Shown here in pieces: positions 9,150 to 20,100 of a stretch of DNA of 64,000 nt (positions are counted from its first letter, which is position 1; the number at the start of each line of letters is the position of its first letter). The DNA lies in the NCBI GenBank assembly GCA_000002445.1, contig CM000207.1, forward strand, positions 2,272,001 to 2,336,000, given 5' to 3'. The stretch is from Trypanosoma brucei. Taxonomy: Eukaryota. The translations under genes were made by a program, and so were the position numbers. The notes under the pieces are model-generated. The model worked only from the letters and a program-made list of their open reading frames with translations. It ran no database searches and was not told the DNA's origin.

Positions 9150-11762
9150 TTCCGTGTAAATGCGCTACGGAAGTCTGCGTAGAAACCATGTTTATCGTTT
9201 TTGTCGGCCTGCGAAATTTGCTCTTTTTCTTTATTTTTTGAGCATTTTTCTTTTCCAACCGCCCCTATTTTTCTTATGACCTCTTTGTCGCAGTAACCGT
9301 TGTTACTCATGCATTGGGCTGGTCGAGCCCTTTCAAATGCGCTACGAAAGTCTGCGTAGCGACAATTTTTTGTGGTCGTCATGTCGATTTGACCACGGTT
9401 AATTTTTTCAAAATTTCCATTTTTTGAAAAAATATTAGGTTCGACAGCACCTAATTTTTTTGTGACCTCTTTGTCGCAGTAACCGTTGTTACTCATGCAT
9501 TGGGCTGGTCGAGCCCTTTCAAATGCGCTACGGAAGTCTGCGTAGCGACAATTTTTTGTGGTCGTCATGTCGATTTGACCACGGTTAATTTTTTCAAAAT
9601 TTCCATTTTTTGAAAAAATATTAGGTTCGACAGCACCTAATTTTTTTGTGACCTCTTTGTCGCAGTAACCGTTGTTACTCATGCATTGGGCTGGTCGAGC
9701 CCTTTCAAATGCGCTACGGAAGTCTTCGTAGCGACAATTTTTTGTGGTCGTCATGTCGTTTTGACCACGGTTAATTTTTTCAAAATTTCCATTTTTTGAA
9801 AAAATATTAGGTTCGACTGCACCTAATTTTTTTGTGACCTCTTTGTCGCAATAACCGTTGTTACTCATGCATTGGGCTGGTCGAGCCCTTTCAAATGCGC
9901 TACGGAAGTCTTCGTAGCGACAATTTTTTGTGGTCGTCATGTCGTTTTGACCACGGTTAATTTTTTCAAAATTTCCATTTTTTGAAAAAATATTAGGTTC
10001 GACAGCACCTAATTTTTTTGTGACCTCTTTGTCGCAATAACCGTTGTTACTCATGCATTGGGCTGGTCGAGCCCTTTCAAATGCGCTACGGAAGTCTGCG
10101 TAGCGACAATTTTTTGTGGTCGTCATGTCGTTTTGACCACGGTTAATTTTTTCAAAATTTCCATTTTTTGAAAAACTTTTAGGTTCGGCAGCACCTAATT
10201 TTTTTTGTGACCTCTTTGTCGCAATAACCGTTGTTACTCATGCATTGGGCTGGTCGAGCCCTTTCAAATGCGCTACGGAAGTCTGCGTAGCGACAATTTT
10301 TTGTGGTCGTCATGTCGATTTGACCACGGTTAATTTTTTCAAAATTTCCATTTTTTGAAAAAATATTAGGTTCGACAGCACCTAATTTTTTTGTGACCTC
10401 TTTGTCGCAGTAACCGTTGTTACTCATGCATTGGGCTGGTCGAGCCCTTTCAAATGCGCTACGGAAGTCTTCGTAGCGACAATTTTTTGTGGTCGTCATG
10501 TCGTTTTGACCACGGTTAATTTTTTCAAAATTTCCATTTTTTGAAAAAATATTAGGTTCGACTGCACCTAATTTTTTTGTGACCTCTTTGTCGCAATAAC
10601 CGTTGTTACTCATGCATTGGGCTGGTCGAGCCCTTTCAAATGCGCTACGGAAGTCTTCGTAGCGACAATTTTTTGTGGTCGTCATGTCGTTTTGACCACG
10701 GTTAATTTTTTCAAAATTTCCATTTTTTGAAAAAATATTAGGTTCGACAGCACCTAATTTTTTTGTGACCTCTTTGTCGCAGTAACCGTTGTTACTCATG
10801 CATTGGGCTGGTCGAGCCCTTTCAAATGCGCTACGGAAGTCTTCGTAGCGACAATTTTTTGTGGTCGTCATGTCGTTTTGACCACGGTTAATTTTTTCAA
10901 AATTTCCATTTTTTGAAAAAATATTAGGTTCGACTGCACCTAATTTTTTGGCGACCTCTTTGTCGCAATAACCGTTGTTACTCATGCATTGGGCTGGTCG
11001 AGCCCTTTCAAATGCGCTACGGAAGTCTGCGTAGCGACAATTTTTTGTGGTCGTCATGTCGATTTGACCACGGTTAATTTTTTCAAAATTTCCATTTTTT
11101 GAAAAAATATTAGGTTCGACAGCACCTAATTTTTTTGTGACCTCTTTGTCGCAGTAACCGTTGTTACTCATGCATTGGGCTGGTCGAGCCCTTTCAAATG
11201 CGCTACGAAAGTCTGCGTAGCGACAATTTTTTGTGGTCGTCATGTCGATTTGACCACGGTTAATTTTTTCAAAATTTCCATTTTTTGAAAAAATATTAGG
11301 TTCGACAGCACCTAATTTTTTTGTGACCTCTTTGTCGCAGTAACCGTTGTTACTCATGCATTGGGCTGGTCGAGCCCTTTCAAATGCGCTACGGAAGTCT
11401 GCGTAGCGACAATTTTTTGTGGTCGTCATGTCGATTTGACCACGGTTAATTTTTTCAAAATTTCCATTTTTTGAAAAAATATTAGGTTCGACAGCACCTA
11501 ATTTTTTTGTGACCTCTTTGTCGCAGTAACCGTTGTTACTCATGCATTGGGCTGGTCGAGCCCTTTCAAATGCGCTACGGAAGTCTTCGTAGCGACAATT
11601 TTTTGTGGTCGTCATGTCGTTTTGACCACGGTTAATTTTTTCAAAATTTCCATTTTTTGAAAAAATATTAGGTTCGACTGCACCTAATTTTTTGGCGACC
11701 TCTTTGTCGCAATAACCGTTGTTACTCATGCATTGGGCTGGTCGAGCCCTTTCAAATGCACT
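9150..11762 (-). repeat. The same 186-bp satellite, about 14 copies, inverted (- orientation). Together with the + block it forms a head-to-head, palindrome-like arrangement.
   Basis: The reverse complement of the unit is repeated with period 186. The minus-strand ORFs 8909..10126 and 10179..11729 translate to the same 62-aa periodic peptide as the + strand ORF. Confidence 0.9.
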
Positions 11763-12796
11763 ACTTGAATGTTTGTGACGAGTTTTTGCTTTCTACTTCA
11801 TTGATAAGGGGAAATTCTTCATTTTACCTTTTCTTGACATTTTTTTTTTTGCCTCTCAGCCCTTTTACCTCTTTACCCTTATTTTCTTGTAAATAACTGT
11901 TGGTACTATCGGAAATATTTGGCCGATTTTTTGCAAGAGCTATCACTAAATGTTTATGAAGGTATATGGGTACAAAGGCAAAAATACCAGAGTGTGGAAA
12001 ATATCATCATAGCAATACTAGGGGCAAGTATTCAAAATTCGATCACATCGGAAGCTTCAACCATTTCGGATGATCAGAGCACGTATTTCAACTTATTCAA
12101 CGAGATCTTTCCACTGTATATAACACCGATTCTTCAAAGAAAGTGTTTTTAAAGGCCACAGCGGGGGAAGGGCAAAAACAGGAAAATTATATGAAAAAAT
12201 GAAGGATCAAAAATGAGTTCAACGATATTCAAAAACCTAACCATTTCGACTGGTCAGATAGTGCTTTTCAAAGATCTCAATTGAATTATTTTTAAACACA
12301 ATATCTGACCGGTCGTAATGGTTAGGTTTTTGAATATCGTCGAACTCATTTTAATTTATACTTTGTGCCTTCCCCCCATTTTGTGGGTGACTTTCTTTTT
12401 CAGGTCCCCTCATCTTTTCTTCCACATGTTGAAAAGGATAACCATAGCGCAATATAGATATACATATCCAAGGCCAGTGAAATCCCCTTTCTTTGAATAC
12501 ACCATCATTTATTTCTTTAAAGGCTAACGTTTAATTTATTTTCTTCTGGCGCTGAATATAATTTTTTTCTTCTCCATTTTTTAGTCTCTTTTTTCTGAGG
12601 TGGCCAGCCTTACCTTTTTTAGCTTCGACCAGTGGAGAATGGTTCGAACCGCCAGATGTGTTTCTCCTAATTCAAAATTATCTCGTTTCCGTAAAGTCGT
12701 TACACGCAATATCAATCGTCAAGGCAGATTAAAAAAACTGTTCTAATAGTATCTTATCACTTATTTTCATTGGTTTTTCTGTTTCCATATATTATT

Positions 12797-14176
12797 TTAG
12801 AGCCTTCTGGCTTTCTCCATTGCCTCTGCCGCACTGTAAACGTGAACATTCCCGCGGAGGACGGCTGCCACCACATCCGCAGTTATCCCGTCGAATGCGG
12901 TGGTTACCGTAAGTCGGTGGTCCTGGCCCCGGAGGACGCGGCGAAGCCAGTCACGACTTTTGCCGAAAATAGCACCGTTTGTAAGCATAACAAATGGTGC
13001 GAAGGCCAGTCCATTTTGTATCGCCCAGTAGCTGTACTTGCGCTCCTTTTCCTGGAAGCGCACCAATGCGGCTTTCATTGGATCTGCCGCAGCTACTGAG
13101 CGCTGACCTTGGGCGGTGTTTCCGACGGTCACGCGCCCTGGATACGTCACCGTGATGTCCGTCACCGCGTACGTATCCAACCCCGCAATGAGGATGTCCG
13201 GCCTCCTCTTGCTCACCTCATTTAGGCGTGGTTCCGTCGCGCACTGGAACCCACAGAGGCGAAGGCCGTTTGCGAACACGCTGTTAATGATGTCGTGTCG
13301 CATCTGCCTGGGTTTATTGTGCACTTTGGTGCACGTGTGGATGTGGTGATTGCTCGCGTCTTCACCACATAGGCATTTGACCCCCTCCGGTAGTACCCTC
13401 ACAAGTAAACGTTCCCGCAGGTACACTCCGAAAGTGGCGTCGTCCAGCCTCACCTGAGCATCCGTGAGGGGCCTGCCAGCTCCGGCGGCGGTATTGGCTG
13501 TAAAGACTTGACGATCAGCACCCCCAAGGGTGGCGTAGAGGTCGTCTTGCTGTCTTTGGTCAGCCTCCTCCGTCTTCCTCTGCTGGAGACCTTTCTCTCC
13601 GGCGCACTGGTGGGCGTACTCTGCCACTTGGGCCATCCGCCTAATTCCACAGCCACCCATGCTCACGGGCAGCGCCGCTATATTCCGGGCCCTTTCGGTC
13701 ATGGGTTGCCCGAGAATATGCTCCATTACCTGGGTGGTCCTCTCATCGAACCAGGAAGCCACCCGGTGTGTGTGTTGCATATCGTGGTTCCGCAACAGGA
13801 ATGTGATCCTTGGCATTGCCGACATCGCCAGAATCCTCCATCGTGTCCTGTTGTAGAGGGGTAGCTCCACGATTGCCTTGAAGAGGCGGTCTGTTTCCAT
13901 CACCTTCTTCACCCCCTCCCGAATCTCCTCGCTCATTGGATCCGGGGCCACGTACGCTCCAAGAACTCGCGCACACGCCTTCACCGCTGTCCCAAAGCCT
14001 GTGTCCCCAGTCAGTTCGAGGACCTCGGTTTTGTCCGCATTGTTGACGATTCCGAGTTTCTCTATCTGTTGGGCTATCGTCTTGTAAGCATGTTGTAGCT
14101 TATCTGGTGTTGCTGGTACCATGATATCGAGTAGATACGCCGTAAAGTGCTTGTTGGATTCTTTGCTGCGAGTCAT
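12797..14176 (-). pseudogene. Reverse-transcriptase C-terminal fragment (motif C onward plus Cys/His domain) of the degenerate retroelement.
   Basis: It is a 459-aa ORF. The catalytic YADD is mutated to YLLD, and the ORF starts just upstream of motif C with no RT N-terminal half in frame. Confidence 0.5.
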
Positions 14177-16316
14177 GAAGCGTTTTTAGAGTGATCGAAA
14201 AAACCAAGGACTCTGGTGCCATCCCCTGTCTTACTCTCTTCCCGTATATTGCCATTTTTGGCGGAGTCGCCCGTTTTCGTAAAAGCTCACTGCTCCTGCT
14301 GATCCATGGAAGGGGTGGACGAGGCGCTCTGGCGGGGACCACGCAGCGTCTTCATACACTGCTGTCAGTAATGTGCGTCTGTGGATGGCATTGTACGCGG
14401 TCCGACCATCCAGCATGGCCACACTGTCCTGTAGCCACGTTATCTAATCTTTCGCAGCCGTTCGCCCTGAGTTGCATTGATCGGTCCAACACGCCTTTTC
14501 ATATGGGGGCGGTGTTCGACTATATTGATGGTGAAATAGTGGCGAGTGGCGCCGGCTTTGCGTATACTCTATCCACCTCTGTTGTTCTGTCTTTTTTTGC
14601 TTGTTTTTTTGCTCTCTGCTATCATTAGGAGATGTAGAGAATCTTGTCAAGAAGTAGTTCTGCTTGGAGCGATGTTGCTATGCATTCTTCGTGGTTAGAG
14701 GGAATTCCCAATGGGCGAAGCAAATTAAAAGTGTCACAGATTTGCGTAACATGTCTACGTCGTGGGCACAGACGCATGAACTGTGTGGGCTTCTGAAACC
14801 GCAATCTGGTATATTCCCGAAAAAAGCGCATGGTCGGTGGCGCCAAACCCACCGCCAAATGAGTGAATTCTGTGAACGGATGTCTTGTGAGCTGAGTTCG
14901 CAAGTGGATGACAGTAACAACGATAAAAAACATTGCACTGTAATGCGTGAAACAGTGAGGGTCAACGTCGTTTTTTTCCTGTTTTAACAAACCTCCAACC
15001 TTTATGCCCTCAGTATTGAAAGAAATAACGTTGCATTTACCGTGAAGGGGTGCATTCACACCGTTTGGAAGTTCAGATCACCGGAGTGGCAGTGAACAGT
15101 ACGCCAAAAGCCTCCCCTCCCGTAGCGGTGCCGTGGCTGGTTGGAGAGGCATTGGTGAAGCGATCCTGAGCGTCCCTAAAAAGGAAGTGAAGGACAGGTG
15201 CTGAGCCGGTTTTGGACGCTCCATGTAATTTTCTGAGGAACTGTTGTTGTGCTTTACAACCGCTGCTACCACATGCAAATTGCTTTGCATAAGGGGAAGT
15301 TACACAATTTTGACTCGTTTGCGGATCGATCAAAAGTGGTGCAGCCCTCGGCACCCCGCTCTCTGTATCACAGCAACACGAATAACGGCAACACCCAGCA
15401 TAAAAGGGAATCCCAGTGACCAAGTCCAATCCCTCTCCTTACACAGCTTCAGCACTTGTTGCCGCGGTGGGCTCAAATGTATTGCCCTCTCGTAGCCAAG
15501 AGCGGGGCGTCCGAAGAAGTAAGTTGATGAAGAAGGTTCTCCGAAAGGCACCGCTGAAGTGAGTCAAAAACGAGAGGGCGAGGAAATGCCAGTAAGGGGT
15601 AGAAAGGGATCTATAGGGTAAATTGGAGCTGAAGCTCAGTGTACCGGATGGTCTCATGAAGCAGGCAAAGTGTGGAAATCTACCAGAGCTCGGGTGTATG
15701 GTCTTAACGCATGTGACGCGAATGCATTCCGAGGCCACCGTGCGGGCTCTAGGATCTGTTTTGTGGCTGCGCAGCAAAACTGAAGGTGAAAATAGGAAAC
15801 CACCGGCGTCCTCGCTGCGGCAGGACACCGGCAAGGTGAGTTTAGCTGCCGTTTTACCATGGGGGATGTGTACCGTTACGCAGAAAACAGCACTTGCACA
15901 GAGTTAGAGCGTGTAGGTCGGCAACCATTGAGCCATACAATCGAGTGCAGCGCTAGGGGAACGAGGAGGAAGCATTGGGTAGCAAATTTGAGTGAGCGCG
16001 CGCTGAATATCTGGGTGGGATTAGTGAAGTTCCTTACAGCATTGTCGCACCCCGATGATTCGGTTTCCCTGTAATTCATAGTCACAGCCTTTTTTGTGGG
16101 CGTATCATCCAGTGTGTCTTTGTGGAGGAAGTACGAGACGGATACGAGTGCTGTTGCGGTCATTGTTATTTTCTGCTGTGTTGCTGTTATTGTTGTTTCC
16201 TCGGTTAGATTAAGTGGTTTATCTCGTTGTTCTCGTCTCCTGCTAGAAGTGCGTTCCTGCAGTGTTTTTTTTTCATTGTTTGCTGTGTTCCTTTCGGTAT
16301 AGTACCGTGTGCGCAT
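12797..16316 (-). mobile_element. Degenerate non-LTR (ingi/DIRE-like) retrotransposon remnant. The 3' portion is still a 459-aa ORF. The 5' portion has decayed into a tiled series of short minus-strand ORFs broken by stops and frameshifts.
   Basis: The N-terminus of the 459-aa ORF reads FTAYLLDIMV...(28 aa)...LGIVNNADKTEVLEL. This matches the reverse-transcriptase motif C (F-x-A-Y-A-D-D-I, here decayed to YLLD) followed by the conserved G-h-x-h-N-x-x-K-T-x-h-h block of non-LTR RTs. A C-terminal Cys/His cluster (CLCGEDASNHHIHTC) is present. Contiguous minus-strand ORFs (14100-14342, 14231-14422, 14444-14650, 14625-15059, 15073-15429, 15439-15834, 15876-16316) tile the upstream region. Confidence 0.55.
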
Positions 16317-17393
16317 GCCAAGGTCTTCATGTCAATCTTTTCTCCATTTGCTGTATCGTTTTTTTACCGTTATGCAAAGGGTGTTTCCCTTATGTTCTTT
16401 TGTACAGCGGGTGCCTTCTCTACCCACGTCACTCCTCCTCACTAACACTGACTCGTAGAAAGTCTGCACAGTTTATATGTGCTACGAGTAATAGGATTCA
16501 TTCCCAACATTGCTTCTGACTTGTACTCATTTTTCATCACTATCATGTTTTACGTCTGCGTATAACCAGAGATAGGTGTCGCACGCAGGTACCATTAGGA
16601 AAAGAGACTTATGTGGGCTTCTGGCTCTCGTTTGGCGCCAGCCTTATCGAAGGCTACTAGGCTTCAGTTAGGTAATATTAAAACGGAATATGGCTACGTA
16701 TCAACGGCAGCAGGTTCCCAAGAAAAATGGGGCTTCTTATTCAAGGGAAGAAGGTACCCGTTGATTAGCTGCGGATATTCCATATGCCTTGTTTGCATCG
16801 CCATAACGGTGGTGGGCACGTATCAGCAATACCGCGATATGATTATCATGACGGAGCACATATCTTACGAAGATGTAAAGGACCGATGTCTGACACCGAT
16901 GCCTGGGTGGGCGCGCCTTCGAAGCCTGCAGATCGCTAGTCCACTTGGTCCGATGACATATCGAGACCCAACACCGCTGGATTGGCTGCCATTTGAGCTG
17001 AAACTTGGTTGTGTTAAGCAAGCATCGTACTAGGGAACGCATTATGCTACATTTGGTGTTTTAGGTGATCAAAATTTTGATGGGTGCTTTGGCGGAAAAA
17101 AGGAAAGGATATCGCGGAGAATAGAAGAACCGATAGCATGAGGTTGATACTTGATAGGGGTTAAGGTGGCGTATGACTTTATCGTAGTGAAACGGCGTCA
17201 GGGGTATTGGGTACATTATTTCTTGTTTTTTTTCGACGGATTTTTGCGATTGTATCTGCTCCGTTTCTGACACTGTTTCCGGCGTTGTCCCTCCCACACC
17301 CAAAGAGTTCTTCTTTCGTTGCTACTGTTAGTTTTCATCGCAGCTCATTGTTCCTGGTATTTTGAAATAGCTGTAGTTTTTTTAAAAAAAGGG

Positions 17394-18149
17394 ATGAAGG
17401 GCGTTGGCAGTAATAATTGTTTCATACAATTCCGTGCTGGGAAAATGCTTCTTACGGATGGCAAAGTTGTTGCGGATACGCGGAGGGGCACGTTATCTTT
17501 TTCAAAGGAATCAAATGGTGTTGTAAAGATGACTTGGGTATCGGGTTCTCATGCGGAACATTACGATCTTCCCTTGGGCCAAGTGAAGTTCAGCAGAGTC
17601 GATACGTGCACTACTGGTAGAGTGCTACTGTTCGACTTTGGCAAGGCCCAACCGCCGCTTTTTTTCTGGATGCAGGAAAAGTCAACAGACAATGACAACA
17701 CCTATTTTTCTGCAGTGGAGAATTCACTTGTCCAGAATCCCTCAGCTATTGGGAGTTTGCATACACACACCTCACCACTCACTGATCAAGCCCGTGCGAG
17801 ACTTGAGGGCTATTTCGCGTCGGCTCTGAACAACGTTCGTGGAGGTAGGGAACAAGACGTTGACTTGGTAAGCATTGTGGGTTCGGCGAAAGTGGTGGAC
17901 GCCTTACGAGCAGATCCCGATTACTTCATGTGTAGGTTGCATCCATTCTTACCCGAGGGAACCGATTCGACATCAGGTATTGTGGAGCACGTTATAAACC
18001 CTCAAGTATCCGCTGCTGCTGCTTCGTTGGGGTTGGTTCTGCAGACTCCCGACGGATTCCGCGAATTATGCGCGGCCTTTCACGTTGATGGGAAAAAGAC
18101 AGGGGTCGTGGGTTTCATAAGCGGATTACTGAAGCAAGTGAAGAAATGA
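17394..18149 (+). CDS. RPN13: Proteasomal ubiquitin receptor Rpn13/ADRM1 homolog (Pru domain). The six-frame ORF starts at 17319, but the likely start is the ATG at 17394 (MKGVGSNN...).
   Basis: CFIQFRAGKMLLTDGKVVADTRRGTLSF...GRVLLFDFGKAQPPLFFWMQE matches the Rpn13 Pru-domain signature (EFRAGKM...KRKG...RVYVLKF...RLFFWMQE). Confidence 0.85.
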   Translation: MKGVGSNNCFIQFRAGKMLLTDGKVVADTRRGTLSFSKESNGVVKMTWVSGSHAEHYDLPLGQVKFSRVDTCTTGRVLLFDFGKAQPPLFFWMQEKSTDNDNTYFSAVENSLVQNPSAIGSLHTHTSPLTDQARARLEGYFASALNNVRGGREQDVDLVSIVGSAKVVDALRADPDYFMCRLHPFLPEGTDSTSGIVEHVINPQVSAAAASLGLVLQTPDGFRELCAAFHVDGKKTGVVGFISGLLKQVKK

Positions 18150-18361
18150 GATGATTAAGACTCACGCAACCGCAAACGACTTCAAATTTCTATTCTCGCA
18201 ATGTGGTGTTTTGTTACCCGCACCGTTTCGTACAAATCGATGGGGATGGAAAGGGGGAAAAGTGTATGTCACCGCTATGACGATAGCTGTTGTTGTACTT
18301 TCAGACACGTCCCCCCTCTTAACTTCTTTTGAAAGAGTAGTACTGTTATTTTCTCTTACTT

Positions 18362-19030
18362 TTGCCCTCGCTTATCGAAACTCAAAAGCCATTGCACGAT
18401 TTTAATGAGAATAAGATGCGCCGTACTGCCTTCTCTCTTATGATTGTTCCACCAGAATCTCATCGGTACGCTAAGGCGACATTTCATGAGGGAGTGCACC
18501 GGCAGGCCCCTGGTGATTCCACGCCATGGCGCGACGTTGCTTCCCCTTTAAACAGGTTTAAAATGTGGTGGTTGGCACCCGCTGCGAAGGGAACCATGAC
18601 GGCGGCGTGGTGCATGACGATTGTTATGGGTGCATATTGCTTCTCTATTCAGCAAGATGCAAAAGGAACGTACCTGCTCAACAATGTCCTGTTACGAACT
18701 CTGCACGAGGAGGCAATGCGTGCCGATGCTAACCAGGAGCGAGCGAATGAACTCCAAGAGTATCTGAAGCAAAGATTGGAAAAGTTGGAGGCTGGTGGGA
18801 AGGCAGCGTCTCGTAACATGGGCGGCGATGCAGTCAAAGAGGGACTTATCAATCATGAATTGGAAATTTCTCGTGAACGTGTTAGGAGCGACAGCATTCA
18901 CCAACGCAACCAACAACTAGTGGACGAGCTGCTCAAAGTGCGTCAAGAGCTTGCCGTGACAAGGAAAAAACATTCGGCAGCCCTCTCGGAGATCGATAAA
19001 TTACAGAAGTTGCTGAAGGCGTGTACGTAG
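18362..19030 (+). CDS. Hypothetical protein with one predicted TM segment and a C-terminal coiled coil.
   Basis: It is a 222-aa ORF on the same strand as the cluster, with heptad-like LKQRLEKLEAGG...LQKLLKA. I recognise no family. Confidence 0.4.
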   Translation: MPSLIETQKPLHDFNENKMRRTAFSLMIVPPESHRYAKATFHEGVHRQAPGDSTPWRDVASPLNRFKMWWLAPAAKGTMTAAWCMTIVMGAYCFSIQQDAKGTYLLNNVLLRTLHEEAMRADANQERANELQEYLKQRLEKLEAGGKAASRNMGGDAVKEGLINHELEISRERVRSDSIHQRNQQLVDELLKVRQELAVTRKKHSAALSEIDKLQKLLKACT

Positions 19031-19539
19031 GGTGACATTTTTTCTGCTGGGCTGGCAAATAACTTCAATTTTTTTCGCGCTAGCACGTCTAACCTGCCTT
19101 TTTAGGACCCTATGATTTGATATTGCCTTAGTGTCCATGTTACCTTTTTTTTTTGTTGACCAGGCACATTCTGGGTACTTCTGCTTTCTTCACGCTGAAT
19201 AGTAAATTCGAGGAGGGCGTCAGCATGTAGCAGGTGCTGCATAAACGTCTACATTCACTACCTACAGAAGGTGCATGCTGTTTTTGATGCCAGGTAACGG
19301 GAATCCGTCGGCAGGTCCGCTACGGAAAACTTTGAACGCTGCCCTACCGGTTGCGCGTCACACACCGATAAAAAAAATGTATTACGAAGGTACCTCCGCC
19401 CGCAAACACCTTGCGGACACATCTTTTCCAAGGAAGGGGGTATTTGGCAAACACCTTAGTTACCGTCGGGCATTTCCGCTGATCGCAATGTTTTGGATGC
19501 GCCGCTGAGAGCGACTCTATTATTGTGGGGTAACATAGA

Positions 19540-19550
19540 GGGGGGGGGGG
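19540..19550 (+). repeat. G11 homopolymer tract.
   Basis: Read directly from the sequence. Confidence 0.9.
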
Positions 19551-20100
19551 TCGTGCCCGTGTTGGATTCGCTTGACGTAGCCTTGGCAAGTCGATTATGG
19601 GGCGTCCGTGCTGTTGGAATATGAACAGTTGAAGTGTCACGACATGTTCTCTCCTCCATATATATAATTAAGCTCTTTCATCCATCCTGTATAACGCTCA
19701 GCCGGTTTGTTTTGGCTGCTTCCCGAGTCTCTTTGCTTTTCTTTTAGTGATTGCGCTTGAGCAGCCACTCTTAGCGCGTGTACGTTTGCTTCCAAGGAGA
19801 ATCCAGCAGCGTAACTATGCGGGACTAGGCAGTGTAGTGCGCTGGATGAGTGATTAGAGCCTATCCAGTTACTAATTTTGTATTTTGTGAATATACCGTT
19901 GAACTGACTGGGGCAACATGTTGCCTGCGGTTTCTGTCTTTACACTTACATATATTTTCTCCGGAGTGATAAGTGCCCCTAAATGAACCGTTTCTACCGC
20001 CCGAGCTCTTGTGACAAGAATGTCCCTTCTCCCCATGCACGCTTTGTTTTTTTTTTTGCTACGGTATGGAAAACACGTTGGTGACATCGAGGGAGGGTGA

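Noticed and set aside
12318-12527. Small + strand ORFs (69-109 aa) between the satellite and the retroelement relic.
   Set aside because: They are short, AT-rich and without family resemblance. 12770..13099 overlaps the minus-strand RT-fragment ORF in antisense.
14100-16316. Individual minus-strand ORFs (80-146 aa) upstream of the RT fragment as separate genes.
   Set aside because: They tile end-to-end on one strand and are separated by single stops or frameshifts. They are better read as the decayed 5' portion of the retroelement ORF than as independent genes.
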